A DNA stretch of 63,434 bases, counting the filler, from Choristocarpus tenellus KU-1152 (taxonomy: Eukaryota > Protista > Phaeophyceae): assembly GCA_964200185.2 (NCBI GenBank). It is 9 parts of 9 records of this genome, joined end to end, with 100 filler letters (N's around TTAATTAATTAA, not from the genome) between each part and the next. Parts side by side here need not be neighbours in the genome. Positions count along the whole stretch, not along the records: positions 11,314 to 19,068 come from CAXNAD020005637.1; positions 19,169 to 23,232 come from CAXNAD020016406.1; positions 23,333 to 27,789 come from CAXNAD020014464.1; 6 more parts are not named here. One strand, given 5' to 3'. Positions 11,529 through 23,428 of the stretch are shown here, piece by piece; the stretch's first letter is position 1, and every line of letters starts with the position of its first letter. The notes below the pieces were generated by a model. It ran no database searches. It worked only from the letters and a program-made list of their open reading frames with translations, and had not been told where the DNA came from. Both the position numbers and the translations under genes were made by a program.

Positions 11529-13965
11529 GTGTTCCCGAGCTTGCCAAATTGCAGATTCTTCATGGGCCTTCTTGAGTTCTTGCATTGCCTTATCGAGGTC
11601 AGAGTTCATTTTTTTCTTCTTTGCTTCCCCTCCCTCCATCTGTCTCTTGAGATACTGAACCTGCTTCTCTAGCTCTGCAATCCTGGTGCAGGATTGTTGA
11701 AGGGATGCCACATTCACCTTACTGTCAGTCTCCATGATTAGAATCCTATCTTCTTTTTCCTGGAGAGGGAGGAGTGAGATGTGGTGGTACCTGTGTGTGT
11801 TGTTTGGTTGACAGCCACATGCAAGAAGCACGTGTGGTGTGACAAAGAGAGAAGGATCACTTCTTATCCACACTGGTGGAGTGTCCATGTTTCATTTGCT
11901 TGGAGTTTCACACGAACACAGTAGTATTATTGTGGGTTGGTTGCAGAGAAAGGAATATTTACTGCCATACAGCCACATGTAAGAAGCATGTGTAGTGTGA
12001 CAAAGAGAGACAAGGATCACTTCTTATCCACACTGGTGGAGTGTCCACGTTTCATGTGCTTAGAGTGTCACACGAATGCACTCGTATTATTGTGGGTAGG
12101 TCGCAGAGAAGGGAATGTTTACTGTGATAGGTAGGAACAATGATCTGATTTGAGCATTAAAAACACTGAGGCATTGGGGATGCAAAAAAAAGCAAGTTAT
12201 CTGTGGAGTATGCATGTGGAGCAAGGGGATTGCAAGGAATAAATAGAGATTGCAATCAGCTCGAGAGACAAAGTTGCAACAACAACAAAACCTTAGATCT
12301 GATATATTATCATCTAAGAACCATATACAAAGTTTGAAGGAGAGAGGAAAGAAGTGGCTCATGGCAGCTGTGTTTCTTTATGTTTCAGTCTCCTGAATGC
12401 AGTGTATGCAAGAACAATGTGAGACCCATGGCGAGATGAAAGTGAAAAAACGTAGGTAACGCGCTCTCCATAGCCTACTTTCACAAAACTCCCCCGGATG
12501 AACTGTGTAGAAAACATACTCCTTAAATAGAATCGACTTCCACAGTTAGAACAGCCTCGCCTTGAGGTTCAGTAGGAGATGTTTTGTATTTGCCTCCTGA
12601 CCCCGAATCTGTTCCACAAGGTTATCCACTCGTTCTGCTTCTGCAGTTAGTGATGATGTCAGCTCGTGGAGTTGATACTTGAGACTTTCTTGCCCTAAAC
12701 TGTTCGTGTGTCTGCGCCTGACCTCCGCCTCAAGGTCAGAGCACCTTGCCTCCAGCTGTTCACAGTTGTCAGGAAGAGATGGGGGGGAGAACGAGAAAAC
12801 TGATGAAACACTGGAGGAAAAGGCTCAAGGGGAACAACTCTCAAAAGAGCAGGGTGGGTAAGATGTTTGTCAATGTCTATGGTTTATAACGCAATTGCAG
12901 CAATCTTACCAAGTTATTCTTGTGTTTCTACATCAAAATGCTCGAAATATTTGAGCAAGCTATCATTACTCTTTGGGCTTACTCATCAATCAGGCCAAGT
13001 GTTCACATCAAATAGGATCCTGGCACTTACAACCACAGTCACTGGGACCATTTGCTTTGCATCAGTGATGAGCTGCTGCCAATACCCATCGTAGGAGACT
13101 AATGCTTGCCTGGTTCTTCTCTTGGCGAAGGCCCTCCCTCTGTTGGTTTGCATCCTCCAGAATCCTGGAAGATGCTTCCTTGACCGAAGAAACCTCAGCT
13201 TGAAGGTCACTAGCTCGTTTCTGGAGCCGCTGGACATGATCGTGGAGCTTGAAGCATTTACCATATCGTTCGGCAAGGGGACAAATGCCACTGTTTAAGG
13301 TATCGAGAAGGAAATCTTGTCTGGTGAAGAATCGATTAATTCGAATTATACGCGACAATTTTACTGATAATATGTATGAATTTCTTGTTGTGTAATCGAA
13401 AACATCTCCTCTAATCCAATTTGATTGCTCACCTCCTCTGCTAGATCGTTGGGACCTGCGACTGCAACTGCGATAGCTTCGGCTATCCTGGTCTCGATGC
13501 TTTCTTCGTTGGGGACATCCTACCAGAAGGACAAATGGCAGGGACGAAATGATAAGAGGCCAGAAACGATGCCTCCAAAATATCTGCGTCTCCTTCTCCA
13601 CGTTTCTTAAGCGACATGTTCGAATACGTATCGTGGAGTCCCACGTACTTCAATCACTATTATTTATCGGTACAAAAATCAGGAGTCATGAATCACCTCC
13701 AGATTTTTCCTAAGTCTGGCATTTTCCTTTTGCAATGAATGCAGCACCTCAAGGGTCCGGATGTGCTTTCCTAAGAGCAAAGAGGCAGTCCTGCCAGTAT
13801 CGGCAACCATCCCTGATGTAGAGGCCATCATTCCTGCATCGCTGTGTCGGAGCGTGTTCACTTGTGTGTGTGGAGGTTATAAATTTGCCGATCCTAATAC
13901 TACAGTTTTGCCGTTACAAAGCACAACAGAACGTTGTGTTGTCGTGTTTCTTCACCAGAAATCAT
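11529..13965 (-). CDS. Multi-exon coiled-coil protein, 3' end missing
   Basis: Phase-compatible exons 13965-13956, 13860-13697, 13519-13433, 13247-13110, 12755-12561 and 11759-11529 give heptad-rich peptide (LHSLQKENARLRKNLE...RIAELEKQVQYLKRQME); two introns need GC donors. Confidence 0.7.
11811..12124. repeat. Intronic tandem duplication, two units of about 158 bp
   Basis: acagccacatg...gacaaagaga..aaggatcacttcttatccacactggtggagtgtcca...gaat.tttactg occurs at 11811 and 11969. Confidence 0.9.
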
Positions 13966-14017
13966 TTTGGATTCTGACGGATGTAACTGTCGTTGTTGAC
14001 TCAATGTAGTGGTCAAA

Positions 14018-14610
14018 ATGTATAAATTGTTCAGCGGAGGTAGCAAAGGCGGCAAAGGAGATAGAGACATGGAATCGATTGATAATGAAACCACAACAGA
14101 TGTGGCGGGTGGCATCCAAATCTTCGTGTCAACCCTACATGGACAGGTTTGTGTACAACTCAGCGTTTTCGAACATCCATATTAAGGCCAAGAATATGTA
14201 TCTTTCTCACAACTAACCCTCCAACCGACCTCACTCCCGAATCCTGTCAAATTTTTCTCACACAGGTAGTTACTTTGAGAGATGTATGTCTCACGGGGGA
14301 TGTGTCTCAGTTACGTCAAAAGGTGGTCAACCGTGTGGGAATTACACTAATCGATCGTTCAAACAACAACGCTCTGGGAAAATACGATTTTACTGGTGAA
14401 TGTTTAGCAAGCAATGGGGCTGTTTTGGAGGGGATTGATTGTAACGGGGGGGTTAGTGATCACTGTGAACGTCTTCTCTACGCTGGAAAGGAACTGGTGG
14501 AAGGAAGGCCTTTGCAGGAGTATGGACTTGGGGAAGGGAGCACGATCCATTCACTAGGGAGGTTGAGGGGGGGTGCACAGCTTGGGAAAGTGGTCAAAGG
14601 AAGAAGTCAG
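14018..14610 (+). CDS. Ubiquitin-like domain exons (14018-14146, 14266-14610), probably the 5' exons of the DRC2 gene
   Basis: IQIFVSTLHGQVVTL...LRQKVVNRVGI...ERLLYAGKELVEGRPLQEYGLGEGSTIHSLGRLRGG aligns with ubiquitin (MQIFVKTLTGK...[34 protein letters not shown]); GT-AG phase-0 intron. Confidence 0.85.
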
Positions 14611-14972
14611 GTGCGTTTCTCAGGATCTTAATCACGAGTTGATGAGAAGGTGGGATTATATAGATGGGATATCCTACGGTTCTGCTTCATCATACGTTTC
14701 GATGTCTTGGGGAAGGTTTCAAGGGCAGCCAATGTGACTAGGGTGATCGACACGACAGATCATGACATAACCCTTAAGTCGAGGGTACTTTTCTGATCAT
14801 GAAGCAGAAGTATCTCAGTAAGAGGGAGAGAGAGAGCGGGTGAAGGAAGAGGGAGAGGGAGGGAGAGGAGGGAGAAACAAAGCAAGCAATAGCCCTTAAA
14901 CATTCAGGGAAGCGAAGCAAAAAAAAGGTCGAATCCTTGAGCACTTTTCGACCCATCTGTTCCTTTAAAAAG

Positions 14973-17900
14973 GTGAAAAAGAAAGCACCAGACAAACCCA
15001 AGGAGTATGCTGAGATGCAGGCCAAGTACGCCAAGATGCAAGAGATGGACGTGGCTCGCCAGCAGGCTACTGCTGCCAAGGCAGACCTCCGACGAAGGAT
15101 GGAACAGGAGGAAAAGAACAGTAGAACAAACCGCCTCAAGATACAAAACCAGTGGCGAAAGATCATGCGCTTGTCCAAGGTGAGATCTGGCATTCTGTTT
15201 TCTGTTTGTATTCCATTAATGTGGAAGGGGGGTTCAGGAAGTTGCAAGAACACGTTTGTATGCTTGCCTTGTGATGTTTTGATTGTTGAATCTCAACGAG
15301 CCAAAACATTTTATACTGATCAGAGTGGAGGGCAAAATTCTGCCACAAATTCCTCTCTCTTTCAGGATTATGTCCTTACATCATAACTGTGTACTCTAAT
15401 TCCGTTGGACTACTAACACTAGAGAAGGAAAATCCTAATAATCTTTTATGTACAGAGAATGAGATTTCTATCATGTGTATCCTTCAGGGGTAGGGCATGC
15501 GACCCCCTTTCTGCATTTCCTATTCAGGTCCTGGTCTATCCACTTTGTCATCGCTCCAGTCAGCAATGAGACGTTCTCCACAAAGAAAGCTTGCCCATTC
15601 CTGATTTCCTTGACTTCCTGATTCCTCTGGACTCCTTGATTGTACTTCACAACAGCAAAGATTAAGCCAAAGAAAGGCACATAGACTCAGCTACAGATAC
15701 AGACAAAGATAGAGACAAAGATACAGATGAACACAAACACAGATCCTGCAAAGAGCAATCTGTATATGCATCTCTACCTATTACCCCAGAGTACATAGTA
15801 TTACTGTTGCTCACCTCTTCTTTCTCATCTTTCTTTTCCTTTGTGAGCAACACCTCTCGTGCATCCTCTCCAAACCTATGTTTTAGGTAGCAAGCCTGAG
15901 GAAGGATATTGAAATCTTGTCTCAGAACCATGAGCGAGATGTGGATCGCAAGGATGCTATTGTCCAGATGCTTGACAGGGACCTTGAGGAGGTGTGCATG
16001 TGTGGGGTTTGGGGGGCACGCAGAGGGGAAACACATTTATGGGGGATTTAAAGCATTATGTACTCTAATGTGTTGGGAGAAGTCATCCATAAATTTGTGC
16101 GTGTGTGTATGTGTGTGTGTTAGATGTCAGTTCGTATTTCGATTTCAAAGCCATATTGGTGCCACTTGGCCAAGGAAAGGGTGGATTGATTATAAAGCAG
16201 GGGAAGGAATGACAAAGTTGGCCTTCTTAGGGTCTAGTGGAGCAGTGAATAGGCCGATATGAAGGTGAGAAACAGGACTCTGTTCTTGTTCAACGAGAAG
16301 TATCATTGCAAGAATACTGTTCACTTGGAGTTGGTCTTTCCATGGTGTAAAATGTTCGAAGGGGGAGAAAAAACTTCTTATTTTGTCACTGCAAGGAATG
16401 CCATGCCCTCCTCCATCTTATAGTGCTCACCCACTCTTCAGATGGGGATTTTTCCTCATTGGGCGTCCCAAAAGCATCGTCCTTAAGAGCACAGTTCACC
16501 CTCCCGTTCCCCTGAACACAATGGAAGGCAGAGGACCAGTTTCAGATGGCGCTGCGAGCACACCTGCAGAACATGGACCGCCTCATCGACCTACAGGACT
16601 CCAGGCTGTTAGCTCTTGAGCAGGAATTTGAGGTGGAACTGAAGACTCTGGAGCAGGTCTGCAGTGAAGGGCGATGGTATGATATGTACTCCAACAAGAC
16701 GGTTGTGTGTAAGATATGAAAGAAGACATATTTGTTTGATACCTCTCTCTCACTTTGGATCCATAACGTATATTGATTATTTTGCTCCCCCCCCTCCCAG
16801 TTGCTTGGGACAATTGAGAGTACTGCACTTCTTTGTGTGGGCAGCGTAGTGAAACTCCTGGCTATCTTCCTGCAAATTTTGATGACACGATCATACCTTT
16901 GTGGTTTTGGAATATCCACGACCTCTGTGTGTAGGACCAGGAGACTTTAACCCATCCGTATGATGCTTTCTGGAATATTCTTCCTGGCTCTGATTTCCCT
17001 TTCAAGTCTGTTTTGTGTGTTGCCCCCCAAAATCGACTCCGTGCGCACGGCATACACTACTGTGGACAGTTGCAAATCATACCTTCAAATATAACCTCCC
17101 CAATGCACTGCATTAGCATTGCAACCTGTATACATCCAACATGTGTATTGATTGAGGGCAGTATGCATTCGCACTTCGAAACACTTCTGAATACTTCTTA
17201 GTAAATGCTTACTCCTCAACTACAGCATAAGCTCGTGAGATATTGTGTGCTCAAGACCAACCATTGTACACTTGACTCTTGTTTCAGGCTGTTGAGTGCT
17301 CACAAGTAGTCTGTACAAGTGTGCAAGTGCACACCCATCTCCTGAGCGTTGTGCACTACATCTGTACCCACACAGATTGCAGTGTAGTAGTTGAAGATAC
17401 TGGTTACCTTTGGGCGCTTCCCACATACTCTGGAACATCTTTCATCGGGGTGGCAGGTAGTATTGCTTGCTCCTTTTCCCTTCTCTCTCGCATATTTGAA
17501 TGGGGTAGATGAATGCCTTCTTCTCTTCTTCAGGAAATTGAAGTTGAACGCGAGCTTATTGTGAAGCACCACGCCACCGAGACCCAAGAACTCAACGACA
17601 TCATCTCTGCAGTAGAGGTGGGCGGTAGCACTGGTTGAATGATCAATCACCCCCACCTTGTCTGTACATCAGTCACTACCTTAGTGCTTGCTTGTACTGT
17701 GCTAACCACTTGCGACATGGTGGATCCTGTGCTTGTTTCAATAGGGTTGGTTGCATCAGGAATGCTATTGTGCTCTTATTGGGACAAAATATCGATAAGA
17801 GGTGGTGTTTATTCGGCCCCCTCCCAACCTTTGATGCCAATGAGTTGATTTCCAGTTACAGCAAACCAATACTCCTGCCTCTGAATCCCCACCGGTGAGC

Positions 17901-18852
17901 TTTGAAGTATTTCATGGACATGAGGTCTTCTCTGAGTAACACAAGGGGCTTATTATCCTTCCCTCTCTTGCTTCGTTTGGTCCTCCTCTATCTTTTTCTG
18001 TGCTCTACTTTTGGATTATGGCAATGTCGCAGGTTCAGGAGGAGGAGAGGGAGGCAGAGGCGCGCCAGGAGCATGAACAGCTTAGGGAGGAGATTCGTAA
18101 CAAGGTACGAAACCTTACACAAATATGTAGACATAAGACTGATGGAATAGGATCTGAACATGAAGAAATATAGATTGTGCAATGTGAGAAGTGGCTGATA
18201 TTCTTCTGAGTTGATCTCCCTGACCATTTGTAGCTTATACAAGAGCAGCTGGCAAGGACCAGAACGCACTGGGATGGTGAGCTCCAGAGGGAGGAGCCTT
18301 CTTAGAGGCTAGGTTTGTTGTTATTGTCTTGTTTACTGCGGTAGGTGAGCAGCGGGAAGAAGCCTCCTTTGTAGGTGTTAGTTCCTATTGGAGAGGAATT
18401 ATTGAATTACGATAGGGTGAGTAGCAGGACGAACAAGCCTGACCTAACAAGTATAGATCAAGGAGGCGCTTTGATTTTCAGGAGAGGCGAAATACATAAA
18501 GGCAATAACTCACATTAGGTGATGGTAGGGAGCCTGAGGGTGAGATTGAATGCAACAAAGACCAAAACTTAATAGGCGAAGATACGAATGTGTCAGATTG
18601 TTGCACCAATGTTCCCACAATACAGCAGTTGGCCACTGAGCAACCTTGAACATGAGCCCCAGTAACTGCACTTCCGAGATGACCCAACTCCGAGATCCTC
18701 TGGTTCTCAGCTCTCAGTTGTTCTGTCTCTCTACCCCCTGAACATATGCAATGCAGAATCTGGAGGAGATCAATGTCCTCCGTATCACCCTGGACACACA
18801 AATTGAGGACCTTGAGCAGCACTTTGAGACGGCCCACATCAACTACCTTCAG
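14973..18852 (+). CDS. CCDC65: Dynein regulatory complex subunit 2 (CCDC65), 3' part cut by contig end
   Basis: Exons 14973-15179, 15887-15991, 16528-16656, 17534-17617, 18033-18104 and 18757-18852 (all phase 0) give [72 protein letters not shown]...[13 protein letters not shown], hallmark DRC2 sequence. Confidence 0.93.
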
Positions 18853-19012
18853 GTATCGATACTAGTCTCTTTGATCGCTCTTTTCCCCACAGATTGTCTC
18901 GTCCCTGGTCGTGACATGTTGCTTTTCAATCTTTTAATTGAAATCAAGATCCCAAATCAAATCCCTCATACTGCGCTGCCCCTCCTGAATGTCCTTTAGC
19001 CACCTCCATCCT

Positions 19013-19068
<56 letters not shown>

Positions 19069-19168
19069 NNNNNNNNNNNNNNNNNNNNNNNNNNNNNNNN
19101 NNNNNNNNNNNNTTAATTAATTAANNNNNNNNNNNNNNNNNNNNNNNNNNNNNNNNNNNNNNNNNNNN
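19069..19168. other. Artificial contig spacer
   Basis: N44-TTAATTAATTAA-N44, preceded by a long poly-C run. Confidence 0.99.
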
Positions 19169-20106
19169 GCCGTATGCATGTATGTAGCGGCCAATCTTCA
19201 TACCAGAGGAGGCGTCGACCTACAATTTGACATTATTATTGGTAATGAAAAAATGTATACAATAAACAGGACACAACAGACAACAGTGAGAGTTTCTCAT
19301 TCACCGGCACGCTTTGCATGCTGACTTGCCTTTAACGTATGTATGTATATCCTCCACCACTGCATAGTCGGGTGCTTTAAGCTCCTCCCCCTTTCATTCC
19401 CCCCCTGCCATGCACATGCAGTCGCTTTTTTAAGTACAACAAGTCGCTGAGCGTGTCGGGGAGATAGATGATAAAAGATCACACAAAATAAAAGAAAATC
19501 GCATCGATGTACGGCGAGCGCACGTACGTACGTATATATGGATGGGAGCAACTGTCATGGTGTTTTCAGGCAACAGGTGGTCTTGGGCAGTGAGAAGGTC
19601 TTGAATTCGAAGCCGGGCGTACGATGTTTGAGTTTCAAGTGATCCGTCGGACCAGCCTGAAATCCATGTTGTGGAAAATACGTGTATTCTGGTTATTATG
19701 AAATAAAAATTAGATTATATTCGTAATTTCAATAAATAAAAATATAACCACATACTTAATTGATCTAATATGTTTGAAATGTTCCGAAACGAAAAGGTCA
19801 CAAAAAACTGATACTCTCTATTTGTTTTAAATATGAAATCGTATACTGTTCGATATTCATATTTTTTGGAACACAACTATCAATGGAAGGAGAAGTTTGA
19901 GTTTCTTGGGTACCGACGGACCAGATGAAATAAAGCAGCACCTCCCAGCCCTCACTCCTCATTTCCATTCCTTCCCTTCCGCACACACCACCAGCAGCTC
20001 TTTCTTATCTATCCCCGTCACACCTTCTCAATCTTCGCCATGTCCAACATTCGCTCAACAACGACCTGCCCACGGATCGAGAGCGTCGGACAGCAATGCC
20101 AAGGGC

Positions 20107-20390
20107 ATGTCCTCGCTCCTCGAAAAGCACTACCTCGGCATGTACAAGATGAAACTCAGCAACATCCCGTGCACGGAGATGGTGCGGCCCCTGAGCGAGC
20201 GTGGCCTTGCGCGTCAGCAAATCTATCAGTGAAAAGGGCTGGCTCGAGCAGTTTGCTCCGTCCATCGTCATCCAACAAGACTGCATAGGCAACGGGGACC
20301 AGCTCACCGCCGACGCCGCGCTTGCCGTTCAAGGACACACAATGGACGGAAACCATAGAATAACGGTGTTGAAGAGAGAGTTTGATCATG
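20107..20390 (+). pseudogene. Frameshifted ParB/sulfiredoxin-like domain ORF
   Basis: MSSLLEKHYLGMYKMKLSNIPCTEMVRPLSERGLARQQ/SISEKGWLEQFAPSIVI...TMDGNHRITVLKREF shows the ParB N-terminal pattern (R......L..SI...G....I.V ... DGNHR), with a 1-nt frameshift near 20221; locally GC- and CpG-rich. Confidence 0.65.
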
Positions 20391-22990
20391 AACGCGCTTT
20401 CAATTCAAGCAAGCAAGCCAACGCAGGGCATACATGTACACGACAATCAAACGAAATCGTTGCCGCCCCCCACACACTTTCCTACTACCACCTTCATCGG
20501 GATGGATTCCCAATCGTAGCAGGGCCTTCCAAAAGTGCCGCAACATTTTTTTTTTTAACATTATGTGCACTTTCTGCACACCAATCCACGTCTCGCTCAT
20601 CCTCAATAAAATGCTCCATCCTCAATTTTGATGATCGACTGTTAAGTGTGGGTATTCATTGAGGCATCAAATGAAGAAATGCATGCTCTCTGAAGAGACT
20701 TGTCACCTTGACAGGCAAGGATTTCTGAGGATGTGTGAACTAGGAGTATATTGCATCCAGGTGCGTATCACGTACATCTCATGCAGAGTAATGTTGGTGT
20801 CTTATGAGGGGTAAATGCAAACCAAGAAAAATCATAATTAACACGTGATATATGTGGAAGTGTCAAAGGTGCCAAGTTCTCTGCTCAAGGGGGCAATCAC
20901 AATCACCGGAATGAACTCTTCCACCTCAGAGGGTGAGACCGAGTGTATCTAAGGTCTTGTCCCAACATCTCAGAACAGTTGAGTAAATCCAGAACAGAAC
21001 AAAAACCTCATGACACAACAAATGTTCGCGAATGACTGAGCAACGTCACAGCAGAGAAATGGATCAGTCAGAATCGGAATGGATCTTCTTTCTGACAGTC
21101 CATTTTGGCTATTTGGTCAAATCCGGATATTATGGTTGTGGTTGGTTTATTGGACTGGTCGGTATGGGTGGGTTCAAATGACGTGGTTGGCACGCACAAA
21201 TGTATATGACTGCGCGTCTTATGTACAAGTGTGTGTGTTGGAGATCCCAAAAAAGGAACCTGTCCGTGACATATACAACTGATGGTTTCTTGTTGTGTGA
21301 AGAAAAATAAGAGAGGAAAAAACAAAGAAACAACAACACAAACTGGAATCAATATTTAGAGGGGATAGATGTTGTGGCAGGTAGGGACTGTTCTGATGAT
21401 TCTTATGTATTTATGTACTGTAATGTTTTTAAGGAAATTGATGATGTTGTGATGATGACCTAATAAAGTAAAAGTGGAGATAACGACCAGTACATTGTAC
21501 AAATCAACATTCAGTATGGACTGACGATACGGTATCGTATCAAGATAAATCAAATGAGTAACCTATGTTTTAAAAACCCTTCGTTTTCATTTTCCTGGAG
21601 GACCTTGACAATTCCTGAAGAATGTGAAGCAATTATGTCCCTGTCATTGCTGCCTCCACTCTTCCCTCCGATCTCATTAACTTTTTTGTTCCTGGGCACG
21701 TCTGAGTTTCCTATTTTCCCACCTTTGGGAGGAGATCGATTGTGAAGATGGAGCTCTTCCACGCCGTCCAGTTCCCCCTCCTCAAACCCGTCAACCTCCC
21801 TCACCCTTTCAACTGTAAACTCCTAGTCATTCTCCTCTTCCACGCTTGTGACCATGCAATTGATCGGTGGAGACTTCATAAACTTCTTTCTTCCAAACAA
21901 AGAACCTTGGAGATGTTCTGGACGTTTCCTGTACCGAATCGTCATCACTCTCACCCGAAGAGTCCTTGTCACTTTTCCTTGAGAAGTTACTGTGGCGAGG
22001 ACAGTCCCCATTGGATGGCGCACTTCCGAAGTCGCCAGTAACATATATATATATATATATTCCTGCTCTTCTCACCCTTCTGGATCCTCTTGTTTCGCCC
22101 GACTCTGACCTCATTCTCATTATTGTCATTCAACAAGTCATCGTTATTTGTCAAAGAGCTGTCGCTGTTCTTTGACGAGTCATTGCTGTCCTTTGACGAG
22201 ACCTTGCTATCCCAGCTACTGTCTGAACTGTTCTCGCCATTGCCGCTGTCCCCTATTCCCTCATCGTCGCTATCCTTTTCCTCCCCCTTACTCTCTTCTC
22301 TAGTTAGATCTAAAGTGACGTCCTCCTCTTTTTTCATCTCAGGGTCCAGGTCTTCATTACTAGAACCCACTCCATCGCCCTCCATTGATGTCTTGGAGAG
22401 TGGAAACGTGTTGAACTTGGAAACTTCCGAACAAGGCCTTCAACACACTTGGGATCGTGGTTCCTGCCCAGTATGGTACACGCCAAAAAATACCTCCCAA
22501 CTGGGTACTCAAGTTGGTGATTGTGTTCTTCTGTGCGATACGGGTTTTCTTGAGCACTTCATTCACATCATGTACTGCTGTTTCATTTCCGTCCGGTGTT
22601 ATCATGATGCATGCTGCATGGTCGATGTCTGACGTGCCCACACAAAGGCAGGGGGGAAAAAGTTAGAGGTTGAGAAACAGTTAAGGACTGCCGTTGACGT
22701 TTTGCTATCGTAGACAAGAAAAATTAATTTGTGTAACATGTGTATATCAAAGCTACACAGGAAGAATAAGAACACCACTATAATGACAGGTACAAGATAT
22801 GCACTTGTGTCAGTCGTTGTGTCATCACGAAAAGTCTAATGTACTTATGAAATCAAGTTAAGTTTTTAATTTCTTTGATTGACAATTAAATCTAAACGAC
22901 ACTACTGTGTAGAAGAAGAAATCACTTGCTTTTGTATATTGACGATGCAGAGACTGCAAGAGCGACCTTTGCATCATGTATAACAGGGAG

Positions 22991-23040
22991 GGTGAAAGCA
23001 TCTTAGAGGTAGAGCCCAGTCTGTTTGAGGTCCAAAATCC
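22991..23040 (-). mobile_element. MITE family A end, interrupted by a family B insertion
   Basis: gggtgaaagcatcttagaggtagagcccagtctgtttgaggtccaaaatcc matches the first 50 bp of reversed family A copies. Confidence 0.65.
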
Positions 23041-23200
23041 GGCTAAAAGTATCTGGGGGGGGGTGGCGGCTGTCCATTCGGGGCCCATTTTTCCATGTCG
23101 TGATTTGGTTGCATGCGCTGGATGGACAATGTAAGAGCACTTTTCGTGGTCAAGGCCCGAATGGACACCCTGGTGTAGACCCCCCCCCCCCCCCCCCCCC
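23041..23200 (-). mobile_element. MITE family B copy
   Basis: ggctaaaagtatctggggg...gtccattcggggccc...aatggacaccctggtgtagacccc. Confidence 0.85.
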
Positions 23201-23232
23201 CACCCCCGCCCCCCCACCCATGGTGTGGGTTT

Positions 23233-23332
23233 NNNNNNNNNNNNNNNNNNNNNNNNNNNNNNNNNNNNNNNNNNNNTTAATTAATTAANNNNNNNNNNNN
23301 NNNNNNNNNNNNNNNNNNNNNNNNNNNNNNNN
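23233..23332. other. Artificial contig spacer
   Basis: N44-TTAATTAATTAA-N44. Confidence 0.99.
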
Positions 23333-23428
23333 GCAGCAGAATGTATTATTATACCGCCCTAGCTGCCCCGCGGGGGCAGAGGAGGAGATTAGATGGGAAG
23401 CTAAAAGGGATTGCATTATTGAACCCAC

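Noticed and set aside
19014-19068. Long poly-C tract as a functional G-quadruplex element
   Set aside because: It lies at a contig end where homopolymer length is unreliable, and similar runs end other contigs.
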